From NCBI GenBank assembly GCA_038889075.1, contig JAWAHS010000002.1, forward strand, positions 236,930-300,929: 64,000 nt of DNA, written 5' to 3'. The notes under the pieces are model-generated. The model ran no database searches. It was not told the origin of the DNA and saw only the letters and a list, made by a program, of their open reading frames with translations. Source of the DNA: Ignisphaera sp. Lineage in GTDB: Archaea > Thermoproteota > Thermoprotei_A > Sulfolobales > Ignisphaeraceae. The position numbers were made by a program, and so were the translations under genes. Shown here one piece after another: positions 31,799-41,290 of the stretch (within the stretch, counting starts at the first letter, position 1; each line of letters starts with the position of its first letter).

Positions 31799-31831
31799 TA
31801 AAGAATATATATTTTTTATTTCGGTTGATGA

Positions 31832-32839
31832 TTGATGGGGGATATAAAGAGATATATTATTAGAAGAGCATTATCATTTCTACCTACAATCTTAGGTGTA
31901 TTGATACTTACATTTATAATCAGCCATGTTATTCCTGCAGATCCTGTTCGGGTTTGGGCAGGTGGATACAAAGCACGACCTGAAATCATTGAGGAGATTA
32001 GAAGAAAGTATCATCTGGATAAACCACTATATGAACAGCTGATACTTTATCTCAGAGATGTATTTAGTGGTGACTGGGGGACGTCTCCTATGAGTAAGAG
32101 ACCTGTTCTAGTCGATATAGCAGAGTACTTTCCTGCAACTGTCGAGCTTGCAATAGTATCTAGCATTCTTCTAACCATTATCGGCATTCCTCTAGGCTTA
32201 ATAGCAGCTCTTAAGAAGGATAGCACTATTGATCATTTCATAAGGGTGGTAGCCCTTATAGGTACTTCTGCTCCTGCTTTCTGGATTGCTATAGTTCTTC
32301 AATGGATCTTCTATTATTACCTAGGGTTGCTTCCGGCAACGGGTAGGGGTATTCCACCTATCATAAGGTATACAGGTATGTACGTTTTTGATAGTCTTTT
32401 AAATGGTAGCTTAGAGCTCTTTATAGAGAACTTGAAGCACATACTACTACCGAGTATAACTTTAGCTTTTACAGGGCTGGGAATAATAGCCAGAGTTGTA
32501 AGGAATACCGCTCTTGATGTTCTATCTTCAGAGTTTATAGATTTTGCTAGAGCTAGAGGTTTATGGGGATTGCAACTATATAGACACGTATTAAAGAATG
32601 CACTAATTCCGGTAATCACTATCTTGGCTCTTGAAATTGGATATATACTCAGTGGAGCTATTGTCATAGAAACAGTCTTCTCCTGGCCTGGTATAGGGCT
32701 GTATGCAGTTAATGCTATAAATAGCCTCGATTATCCGGCAATCATGGGAATAACGCTATTGATAGGCCTCGTTTTTATATTCATAAACTTTGTTACAGAT
32801 ATTGCATATGCTATAATAGATCCTAGGGTAAGGCTATGA
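31832..32839 (+). CDS. dppB: Peptide ABC permease
   Basis: LDKPLYEQ, FPATVELA, ARARGL, IETVFSWPGIG, IDPRVR. Confidence 0.93.
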   Translation: MMGDIKRYIIRRALSFLPTILGVLILTFIISHVIPADPVRVWAGGYKARPEIIEEIRRKYHLDKPLYEQLILYLRDVFSGDWGTSPMSKRPVLVDIAEYFPATVELAIVSSILLTIIGIPLGLIAALKKDSTIDHFIRVVALIGTSAPAFWIAIVLQWIFYYYLGLLPATGRGIPPIIRYTGMYVFDSLLNGSLELFIENLKHILLPSITLAFTGLGIIARVVRNTALDVLSSEFIDFARARGLWGLQLYRHVLKNALIPVITILALEIGYILSGAIVIETVFSWPGIGLYAVNAINSLDYPAIMGITLLIGLVFIFINFVTDIAYAIIDPRVRL

Positions 32840-33762
32840 CACAGGGTTGGAAGAACCATAAGATTCTCGGTATCTCAAGACCTATTTCACAATTTATAAA
32901 TGAGTGGAAGCTGATTTTTGCAGTTATTAGAAAGAGTCCCATAACCACTATAGGTCTTGCAATAGTTATGGGATTCGTAATATTGGGTATTGTAGGACCG
33001 TACATAACCCCGTACGATCCGATGACAATAGGTGTTACTGGCACTCTGAAAAGGTTACATCCTCCATGTCTAGAACACCCATTCGGAACCGATGAGTATG
33101 GAAGGGATTTACTTAGTAGAGTACTATATGGTGCCAGAATTTCACTAATAGCAGCACTATGTGTAATGACTCTAGCAGTCCCCATAGGTATTGTACTCGG
33201 CCTAGTTTCTGGATACTATGGAGGCATCATAGACGAGATTATCATGAGGGTAACAGATATATTTCTCTCATTTCCAGGGCTAGTTCTCGCAATTGCATTC
33301 AGTGCTTCACTTGGTGCAGGATTGACTTCAGCAATAATAGCACTTGCAGCTGTATGGTGGCCAGGCTATGTAAGGGTGATTAGAGCACAAGTTCTTGTAG
33401 TTAAGGAGATGCTATTTGTAGAGGCCGCCAAAGCTATTGGTGTAAAGACTAGTAGAATATTGTTTAGACATATTCTTCCAAACTCTATAACACCACTACT
33501 TGTTCTAATAACATTCGACTTTGGTTCTGTAATACTAGCAACTTCGGCACTATCATTTATAGGATTAGGTGCACAGCCACCAATACCGGAGTGGGGTAGG
33601 CTTATAGCGGATGGTAGAAAGTGGTTTCCGGAAAAGTGGTGGTATTCATTCTTTCCGGGCTTAGCTATACTGGTAACCGTTCTAGGCTTTAACCTTCTTG
33701 GTGATGGAATTAGAGATGTTATGGATCCAAGATATAGGAGGAGTATAGAGATAAAGGGATAG
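32836..33762 (+). CDS. dppC: Peptide ABC permease
   Basis: HPFGTDEYGRD, EAAKAIG (EAA loop), RHILPN, NLLGDGIRD. Confidence 0.93.
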   Translation: MTQGWKNHKILGISRPISQFINEWKLIFAVIRKSPITTIGLAIVMGFVILGIVGPYITPYDPMTIGVTGTLKRLHPPCLEHPFGTDEYGRDLLSRVLYGARISLIAALCVMTLAVPIGIVLGLVSGYYGGIIDEIIMRVTDIFLSFPGLVLAIAFSASLGAGLTSAIIALAAVWWPGYVRVIRAQVLVVKEMLFVEAAKAIGVKTSRILFRHILPNSITPLLVLITFDFGSVILATSALSFIGLGAQPPIPEWGRLIADGRKWFPEKWWYSFFPGLAILVTVLGFNLLGDGIRDVMDPRYRRSIEIKG

Positions 33763-33766
33763 GCAT

Positions 33767-34738
33767 ATGAAGAAGATACTTGAGGTTGAGGATCTAAGAG
33801 TGTACTTCTATACCTATAATGGTGTTGTTAGAGCAGTCGATGGAGTATCCTTTGAGGTTTACGAAGGTGAAGCAATGTGTATAGTTGGTGAAACAGGCTG
33901 TGGTAAGTCTGTTACAGCTAGAGCTATAACAAAGATGATTAGACCGCCTGGTAGGATTGTAAGTGGGAAAGTACTATTCAATGGCATCGATATAATGAAG
34001 TTACGTGAAGATGAGCTAAGCAAAATTAGGGGTCAGGATATAACGTACATCTATCAAGACCCATCAGCAGCTCTAGACCCACTCTATACGGCAGGTTACC
34101 ATGTTGCAGAGACGATTACATCACATAACACATGGATTAAGATTAGGGAAGCACTTAAAAGAGCTATAGAGCTATTTCGTGAAATTCTCATACCAGATCC
34201 TGAAGCGAGGATAAAGAGCTATCCCCATGAACTATCAGGAGGTATGAAACAGAGAGTCGTTATTGCTACTGCAGTTAGCAATTTTCCAAAGCTTATAATA
34301 GCTGACGAACCTACAACAGCGCTTGACGTAACTATACAGGCCCAGATACTAGATCTATTGAAGGAGTTGAGGAGAAAGTACAATTCATCTATCCTAATGA
34401 TAACTCATAATCTCGGTATAGTAGCAGAGGTGTGTGATAGAGTAATGGTAATGTATGCAGGAAAAGTAGTTGAAAAAGCATACACAGAGAGACTATTTGA
34501 AAATCCCTTTCATCCATATACAAGAGGGCTACTCAATGCTGTTCCAAATCCATATAAAAAGGTTACACGTTTAGAGACTATCCCTGGATCAGTTCCAGAT
34601 ATGATTAACATTCCGGAGGGCTGTAGATTCCGTCCAAGATGTCCCTACGCCACAAATAGATGTTTTAAGGAACCAGATCTAGTTGAAGTTGAAGATAACC
34701 ACTACGTATCATGCTGGCTTACCCCAAGGTGTAAGTGA
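33767..34738 (+). CDS. dppD: Peptide ABC ATPase
   Basis: GETGCGKS, LSGGMKQR, DEPTTALD, C-terminal GCRFRPRC Fe-S motif. Confidence 0.95.
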   Translation: MKKILEVEDLRVYFYTYNGVVRAVDGVSFEVYEGEAMCIVGETGCGKSVTARAITKMIRPPGRIVSGKVLFNGIDIMKLREDELSKIRGQDITYIYQDPSAALDPLYTAGYHVAETITSHNTWIKIREALKRAIELFREILIPDPEARIKSYPHELSGGMKQRVVIATAVSNFPKLIIADEPTTALDVTIQAQILDLLKELRRKYNSSILMITHNLGIVAEVCDRVMVMYAGKVVEKAYTERLFENPFHPYTRGLLNAVPNPYKKVTRLETIPGSVPDMINIPEGCRFRPRCPYATNRCFKEPDLVEVEDNHYVSCWLTPRCK

Positions 34739-34739
34739 T

Positions 34740-35711
34740 ATGGATGAGGCTATACTTGTTGTAAGAAACCTTAGGAAGTACTTCCCTGTAAAAGGGATAT
34801 TTTTTACAAAAGGCTATATCAGGGCTGTTGATAAAATATCATTCACAGTTCCGAAGGGATCGACACTTGCACTTGTTGGTGAAAGTGGTAGTGGGAAGTC
34901 GACGGTTGGAAGACTTGTGCTAAGATTGATTGAGCCCGATGACGGTGAGATACTATTTGATGGTGTAGACGTAAGGAAGTTAAAGAATACAAAACTTCTC
35001 GAATTTAGAAGAAGAACGTCTATAGTATTTCAGGATCCATATAGTAGCTTGAATCCTAGAATGACCATATACGATATCATGAAGGAGCCTATAGAGACAC
35101 ACGGTATAGATGTAGGAGATGAAGAAGAGTACATTGTAAAGTTACTTGAAAGGGTAGGTCTTGGAAGAGAGCACCTACATAGATTTCCACACGAGTTTAG
35201 CGGTGGTCAAAGGCAGAGAATAGCAATTGCAAGGGCACTAGCACTCAAACCCGACCTCATAGTACTTGATGAACCTACCTCCTCACTTGATGTATCCGTA
35301 CAGGCTCAGATACTAAATATCCTCAGAGAATTACAGGAATATTACAAGCTTACCTATCTATTCATAACACATGATCTAGGCGTTGTTAGATACATAGCTA
35401 GCAGAGTAGCTGTAATGTACCTGGGCAAGATAGTAGAGATCTCAGATACAGAAAGTATATTTAACAACAGCTATCATCCATATACAAAAATGCTCTTATC
35501 GTCGATACCAGTACCTGATCCAAAGATAGCTAAAGTAAGAGAAAAAATAAAACTTGTGGGTGAACCACCAAGTCCACTGAATCCTCCACCGGGTTGTAGG
35601 TTTCACCCCAGGTGTCCCTATGCCATAGATGTGTGTAGGAAGGAGGAACCACCAATAATAGATATTGAAAAGAATCATGTTGTATCGTGCTGGCTATATA
35701 CTAAGAGATAG
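34740..35711 (+). CDS. dppF: Peptide ABC ATPase (ATG 34740 chosen)
   Basis: GESGSGKS, FSGGQRQR, DEPTSSLD, GCRFHPRC. Confidence 0.95.
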   Translation: MDEAILVVRNLRKYFPVKGIFFTKGYIRAVDKISFTVPKGSTLALVGESGSGKSTVGRLVLRLIEPDDGEILFDGVDVRKLKNTKLLEFRRRTSIVFQDPYSSLNPRMTIYDIMKEPIETHGIDVGDEEEYIVKLLERVGLGREHLHRFPHEFSGGQRQRIAIARALALKPDLIVLDEPTSSLDVSVQAQILNILRELQEYYKLTYLFITHDLGVVRYIASRVAVMYLGKIVEISDTESIFNNSYHPYTKMLLSSIPVPDPKIAKVREKIKLVGEPPSPLNPPPGCRFHPRCPYAIDVCRKEEPPIIDIEKNHVVSCWLYTKR

Positions 35712-36576
35712 AGAGATTAGCTTGTTTCATAAGGAATCTATAGACAGATCCCCATATTCTACCATCGTTTCTCATTTTATTCTCAAAATTATTTATACCC
35801 ATCCAGAGCTCTAAGGCCTTTATTGTATCTTCATTGAGTACCCCATTTACCTCGCCCTTATAGTGTCCTAACCTCATCAATGCTAACTGAATATTGTATG
35901 CAACTTCACTAAGGCTATATACATCGGATGGATCTTCCCTTTCAAGTATTGTCAGCTCCCAAATTTCAAAAAGTCTGATAAGCTCGTTAACGGGATCGGG
36001 ATGGTCATCTACTCTAAGATCTACATACTTATCAACACCCTCTAAACATCCACCATAGCCACCGCATGGCCTTAGGACGATGATTGCAGCACTCTGCTTA
36101 CCCCGTCTATCACCTCCGGCACTATCACCAGCTTTGAGAGCGGCTAGCAGCTTATCAACAAGTTCCCCCTTGGTAGTTTCATATGCTTTAGCCATAGCTT
36201 CTAAAATCTCTTCACCTACAAGTATATTACCTTGAACAGTAAAGTTGTCGCCAATAATATGACCTGCATAGGGGATACAACTGGCGCCTGTATATGCATA
36301 TGCTTCACCCTTTATACTCACAACACCTACCTGTCTATGCTCTCTTCTAGGATCACTTGACAATACAAATTCTACAGCTTGTTTGGGTGTATAGTGGTTC
36401 TCAAGAAGATAGAGTATGGTAGGACCAAACTTGACATTAGCCCAGGCTTGTGTTGCTACCGCACCGATACCTACCTTAACCCATGGCACAACGGAGCCTA
36501 CAGATATAAACTTAGATGCTACAGCGACGCCTACATCTCCTTTCTCCTTATCTACTGCTACTATCGAAAATGTCAT
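35701..36576 (-). CDS. DUF1028 Ntn-hydrolase-like protein with C-terminal peptidoglycan-binding-like domain
   Basis: MTFSIVA N-terminus, GAVATQA, RQVGVV, GGDRRGKQSAA, DLRVDDH, QLALMRLGHYKG. Confidence 0.88.
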   Translation of the reverse strand: MTFSIVAVDKEKGDVGVAVASKFISVGSVVPWVKVGIGAVATQAWANVKFGPTILYLLENHYTPKQAVEFVLSSDPRREHRQVGVVSIKGEAYAYTGASCIPYAGHIIGDNFTVQGNILVGEEILEAMAKAYETTKGELVDKLLAALKAGDSAGGDRRGKQSAAIIVLRPCGGYGGCLEGVDKYVDLRVDDHPDPVNELIRLFEIWELTILEREDPSDVYSLSEVAYNIQLALMRLGHYKGEVNGVLNEDTIKALELWMGINNFENKMRNDGRIWGSVYRFLMKQANLSIS

Positions 36577-37138
36577 AGATGGCACCAGACACATCTAACA
36601 ACAAATAGAGGTTAAAAAACGTAGTGATATATTGTAGACTATATTGAACTGCTGTGTAAACGCTATATCTGTAGCTTTTCATACATCTGAAAAATCTTGG
36701 TATTCTAGATAAAGAGGAGGTATATATATTAGATCTCAAAGGATACGCTGTAGAAAATATTGAGATTAACAAGACGACATTCCATATGTGCATCCTTATA
36801 TGGCTTACTATAATAAGAGGAGCAAGAATATGTGGAGGATATCTATAGATTCTATAGATGTAAAAACCCTTCTATATGTATATTTCCTAACAAAACTTGA
36901 TCTAGGGGAACATCGAGGGTGTCGAGACGAAATTACGGGTCTACAATGTGTAGAAACTTTCGTTAGACCTTTAATTTTAGCATAGCATTTTGCATCTTGA
37001 CATAAGGCTAAAGAGCTATTCCGGAAAGTATTAGGTGCTGTGTCAATATGACGGGTTTGGTAGCTGTTTCTTTTCTCTAGGTTTTTGTATGTCTCTCTAG
37101 GGTGTTTAGAGCTCTTGGTGTGATTGGGTTAGGCAAGG

Positions 37139-37146
37139 TTTATAAA
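37139..37146 (+). promoter_or_regulatory. TATA box upstream of a putative ncRNA
   Basis: TTTATAAA preceded by a purine-rich BRE-like stretch, about 25 nt before the GC-rich block starting at 37171. Confidence 0.65.
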
Positions 37147-37170
37147 CCAATGGGTGCATATAGATGCTCT

Positions 37171-37285
37171 GGTGACCCTGGGTTTCCGAGACCCATGGCA
37201 GACCGTGGGGAGGGGGCTCAGGGAAACCGTGATGACCCGCCCTAGGAAAACCTACAGAAACCTTGGGACGGGAAACGGTGCTGAA
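37171..37285 (+). ncRNA. Putative structured non-coding RNA (two hairpins, K-turn-like motifs, box C/D-like words)
   Basis: 68/110 GC (37171-37280); stems CCCTGGGTTT/GGGCTCAGGG, CCCATGG/CCGTGGG, CCGT/ACGG, CCCG/CGGG, CCCTAGG/CCTTGGG. Confidence 0.7.
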
Positions 37286-37300
37286 TCTTCAGAACTACTT

Positions 37301-37326
37301 ATAACCCCTAATAATAGGGTTATTTT
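37301..37326. terminator. Possible terminator or operator hairpin after the putative ncRNA
   Basis: ATAACCC(C)TA-ATAA-TAGGGTTAT followed by T residues. Confidence 0.3.
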
Positions 37327-37366
37327 AGATGGAGAAGCCAACTTTAAATATATTGGTGGATATTAA

Positions 37367-37654
37367 ATGTATTTAGAGAAATTGGGATTCATACTCATAC
37401 TAATAGGAATAGTCATAGCATTTATAGCCATTCTAATTCCTTTATTTACAATACCGCTTACTGGAGATATTAAGATATCAGGTGGAGGTTGTATAATACT
37501 ATTCTTTATACCAATATGTTTTGGCTATGGAGAATTTGCAATACAGCTAATAATGCTAGCTATAGCCCTAGCTATAGTATTAGCTATAGTATACCTTGTC
37601 ATTTATAAAACATCTATAGGTGCACTTAAACGAGAGAAAGCTGAGTATATATAG
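37367..37654 (+). CDS. Small membrane protein (DUF131-like)
   Basis: TM - GGGCIILFFIPICFG - TM pattern. Confidence 0.75.
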   Translation: MYLEKLGFILILIGIVIAFIAILIPLFTIPLTGDIKISGGGCIILFFIPICFGYGEFAIQLIMLAIALAIVLAIVYLVIYKTSIGALKREKAEYI

Positions 37655-37747
37655 TATATATAATAGGGTATGGGATTGCCTTATAGAATGCGTAAATCTG
37701 TGAAACAGTCTCGTAAAGATTTAGTATAGGTATGGAGGTGTATAGAA

Positions 37748-38164
37748 ATGCATAGATGTATTCATTTAAGAGGTAGAGTATTTTCTGGAATTGGCGAAGG
37801 TAGGATATACGTTGGATTGTACAGAGATTTGATAAAGCAGGTCCTTGGTATAGATCCGTATCCAGGGACATTGAATATAGCACTAGATAACGCTTACATT
37901 ACTGTAGCAGCAAAGCTGTTTAAATCAAATCCACACTTCATTATAGAACCCCCTGCACCATCTCTTGGAAAGGGATTTGTGTGGAAGGCGTATATAGAAG
38001 ATGTAGAGTGTTTTATTGTTAGACCATCTATAACGATATACAGCTTTGATGTTATTGAGGTTATTTCTAGTAAGATGCTGAGGAAATATCTTGGACTCGT
38101 TGACGGATCTTCCATTGAAATCAAGGTACCTCTTAATGCTAATGATGGATGTTGGAATCTGTAG
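37748..38164 (+). CDS. ribK: Archaeal CTP-dependent riboflavin kinase (stand-alone, no wHTH)
   Basis: GRVFSGIGEG, PYPGTLN, EVIS...LRKYLGLVDG. Confidence 0.9.
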   Translation: MHRCIHLRGRVFSGIGEGRIYVGLYRDLIKQVLGIDPYPGTLNIALDNAYITVAAKLFKSNPHFIIEPPAPSLGKGFVWKAYIEDVECFIVRPSITIYSFDVIEVISSKMLRKYLGLVDGSSIEIKVPLNANDGCWNL

Positions 38165-38206
38165 GGGTATCAACCTATAAATAGGTTATTCTAATTTATC
38201 GTAAAT

Positions 38207-39133
38207 GTGACAAGGTGTTTGGAAATGAAGAGTATTTTAGATACCATTGGTAACACCCCTCTTGTTAGACTACAGAAGATCAACCCATTTACAGAAGTTG
38301 AAATTTTTGCTAAACTGGAGTTCTTCAATCCTACGGGTAGTCATAAAGATAGGATAGCACTTTATATGATTAAGGATGCGATTCAGAGATTTGGTTTAAA
38401 GCCTGGTGATGTTGTTGTTGAGGCTTCCAGCGGTAATACAGCCATATCCGTTGCCTTTATTGCTCAGAGATTTGGTTTAAAGCCTTTGATAGTTATTCCT
38501 AGAGGTACAAGCAGGAGTAAAGTTGTTGTACTGAAAATGTTGGGAGCTGAAATTATTGAGGGCAGCGACAACCCCTCTTCTGAGGACTACTACATAAAGC
38601 TTGCAGAAAAACTCGCAAAGAAATACGGTTGGGTGTTCCTAAACCAATATTCAAATCCGGCAAACGCTCTTGCTCACTATGAAACTACAGCTGTTGAAAT
38701 CTGGAACTCATTGAACGGAGCTATCGATGCATTTGTAATGGGTGTAGGAACGGGTGGTACTATTACAGGTGTTGGAAGATTTCTAAAAGAGAGGAAAAGA
38801 GGTAGTGTGCTTATAGTTGCCGTAACACCTAAAGGCTCACCGCTTGCTGGAGGTTCTATTGGTGATAGAATAGAAGGTCTTCTCTATACAGACATACCAC
38901 AATTACTGGATAGGAAAATTATAGATAGAGTTATCGAGGTATCATATAGAGAGGCAATGGATATGTGCATAAAACTGGCAAAGGAGGAGGGTATACTAGC
39001 TGGATTATCATCAGCAGCAAATGTTGTTGGAGCATTGAAAATTGCAGAAGAGATTAAGAAAGGGAATATAGTTACTGTGTTTGCAGATTCGGCATTTAGA
39101 TATATGGACGACATTGCTAGGCAATTTGGATAG
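38207..39133 (+). CDS. Cysteine synthase/cystathionine beta-synthase family PLP enzyme
   Basis: IGNTPLV, KLEFFNPTGSHKDR, ASSGNT, NQYSNPAN, GVGTGGT. Confidence 0.9.
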   Translation: MTRCLEMKSILDTIGNTPLVRLQKINPFTEVEIFAKLEFFNPTGSHKDRIALYMIKDAIQRFGLKPGDVVVEASSGNTAISVAFIAQRFGLKPLIVIPRGTSRSKVVVLKMLGAEIIEGSDNPSSEDYYIKLAEKLAKKYGWVFLNQYSNPANALAHYETTAVEIWNSLNGAIDAFVMGVGTGGTITGVGRFLKERKRGSVLIVAVTPKGSPLAGGSIGDRIEGLLYTDIPQLLDRKIIDRVIEVSYREAMDMCIKLAKEEGILAGLSSAANVVGALKIAEEIKKGNIVTVFADSAFRYMDDIARQFG

Positions 39134-39276
39134 TATTAAAATTAAATGATCCTCATTTCCTTTCCTAATTGCATTAGAAGTATACGAATTTTACAGAAAT
39201 CATCCAGTTTTTGGTAGTGATGGGAATAGCGTTTCGATATCTATTAATTGAATTCAATATAAAATGTCCGATTTTG

Positions 39277-39927
39277 CTATCGTTTCAGATATATTGCTAG
39301 GGCTCTCACTATATCTGCAGCATCTTCCTCGTAATCGGTTACGCTCTCTATGGATTCTATAAAATCTTTTAGAAAGATTATGGTAATCTGATTCTGAATC
39401 TTATTGCTATACGTAATTAGATTCTTTCTTACATTATGTAGCAATTCATCGGCCTTTTCCTCCAGAGATTCGACCTCTTTACATGCCTCGACAGTTGAAC
39501 CGTATTCTTCTCTCTTAATAAAATCCAAGGCCTCTACTATTTTTTCAACTCCTTTTACAGATATCTTAACCATTTCCTGTATATAGCTTCTAATCGAAGC
39601 CGGTATCTCCATATATGGAATGAGATCGAGGTATCTAATACTTTCCTTAGCCCATTCAGAAACTCTATCAAGCATTCTTAATATGTTTAGTATATATCCC
39701 CTAGCTATAGAATCTTTAATGGCTACAAGCGTATTTTCTATGAGCTCTCTTCTATATCTATCCGCTTCGGTATCGATACTTATGGCCTTTGCAAGCTCAA
39801 TCCTGGCTTCACCGGGTCTTAGCGAATCTATGTAGTTAAGAGAATTTGATATACATTTAACTATATTGCTAACCATAGAACTGTATCTATGTACGCTATC
39901 AAGCATTTGCTGCAGTTCTTCACTCAT
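39277..39927 (-). CDS. DUF47 / PhoU-like phosphate transport regulator
   Basis: Repeated helical units DTEADRYRR / LEEKADELL; adjacent to a PiT transporter. Confidence 0.82.
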   Translation of the reverse strand: MSEELQQMLDSVHRYSSMVSNIVKCISNSLNYIDSLRPGEARIELAKAISIDTEADRYRRELIENTLVAIKDSIARGYILNILRMLDRVSEWAKESIRYLDLIPYMEIPASIRSYIQEMVKISVKGVEKIVEALDFIKREEYGSTVEACKEVESLEEKADELLHNVRKNLITYSNKIQNQITIIFLKDFIESIESVTDYEEDAADIVRALAIYLKR

Positions 39928-40058
39928 TTGGAATTCCTCAGTAGGATGTATTACGCTAACTGCATATAACCTTAATTAATACATATCTATACTAGTCTGA
40001 TACATATTTATATAGGTAGAGTATAGAGTAGTATAACTATACTGTATCATTAGATGCG

Positions 40059-41192
40059 ATGATAGATGGTGATGTTATGGATTGGTCTTTAACAGCTCTA
40101 GTACCTCTCGCAGTAGTTTTAGCTATAATGGATGGACTAAACAATGCAGCAAATGCAATAGGCTGGGCTATTGGAGGTGGTGTGGTTGGATTAAAGAAAG
40201 CACTATTAATAGCATCTGTATTTGAAGTTATTGGAGGCATTGCATTCGGATTCTATATAATTGATACGGTTAGTTATAGACTTATAACGGATCCGGTGGT
40301 GTTAAACAACATGATACCACCATTAGCAGTATACATTTCATCAATTATATGGAGTGCTCTTGCATCAATTGTTAAGATCCCAATATCGTTTTCAATGGCT
40401 ATAATTGGTAGTATTATAGGCACCATAGCTACTCATAGTACAGCTTATATAGATTGGAATATGGTTCTGCATATATTCACTGGATGGGTTGCTGCATTCA
40501 TGGTATCAACCATATTGACAGCTCTTTTTCTCGGAATTAGTGACATTATTGGGAGGTACCGGGGTGTAAATACATATTTTGAAGGAGTTTTTATAGCGTT
40601 ATTGTTCACTCTACTTATCTCAAAACCGCTGCAACCCTACATCTCTAATAGATCCATTCTAATGTTAGTTATTTTTATAGTTCTATATGTGGTGCTATAT
40701 GTCACGTATAGATGTAGTAGAGGTGCACAAATATTAGTCTCAGTAATCCTAGTGTCGATAATGCATGGTGCTAATGATTCAGCTCTCATATCGTCAATCC
40801 TTATACTATATGGTATAGATGGATATGGTGGTATACCGATGCTCATCTCTTCCCTAGGGATAGCTATAGGCATTTTATTATGGGGACACCGAGTAGTCAA
40901 TACCTTTGCAAGCAGTATATCGTTTCTAGATATACGCTATATTAGTAAAATATACACCTCTGAATTCATTGCAATAGCACTCCTGTTAAGATTAGGTCTT
41001 CCAACACCTATTTCAATAGTAACTATAGGTGCTCTAATAGGATTTGGTGCGTACAGAGGTGTGGATATTATTAGACTGGACTATATTGTAAGGTGCATAT
41101 TTATAACACTTGCCTCAATACCGGTTTGCATACTACTATCACATGTAGTTACAATCATAGCAAGATACTATCTGGTCTACCAAATATTTTGA
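40059..41192 (+). CDS. PiT-family inorganic phosphate transporter (divergent)
   Basis: GLNNAANAIG and HGAND signatures, PISFS, G.RV..T. Confidence 0.8.
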   Translation: MIDGDVMDWSLTALVPLAVVLAIMDGLNNAANAIGWAIGGGVVGLKKALLIASVFEVIGGIAFGFYIIDTVSYRLITDPVVLNNMIPPLAVYISSIIWSALASIVKIPISFSMAIIGSIIGTIATHSTAYIDWNMVLHIFTGWVAAFMVSTILTALFLGISDIIGRYRGVNTYFEGVFIALLFTLLISKPLQPYISNRSILMLVIFIVLYVVLYVTYRCSRGAQILVSVILVSIMHGANDSALISSILILYGIDGYGGIPMLISSLGIAIGILLWGHRVVNTFASSISFLDIRYISKIYTSEFIAIALLLRLGLPTPISIVTIGALIGFGAYRGVDIIRLDYIVRCIFITLASIPVCILLSHVVTIIARYYLVYQIF

Positions 41193-41290
41193 ATACCAAT
41201 AGAGGTGCAACTATGTAGTTGACCATTTCGAGTAGTGTGTCGGTGAAAAAATGTTTTGGATAAAAATCTGTAATCTGCCACAATTCTAGC

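Noticed and set aside
37245-37280. RNase P RNA (ACAGAAAC...GAAACGG words)
   Set aside because: No GAGGAAAGUCC-like P4 elements, and the GC-rich block is far too short
37227-37285. Hammerhead ribozyme (UGAUGA...GAAAC)
   Set aside because: Position 3 is G rather than C, and no separate stem I/III with a cleavage triplet can be formed
37154-37366. 70-aa ORF over the GC-rich block
   Set aside because: Starts only 8 nt after the TATA box, has atypical composition, and is better explained by a structured RNA
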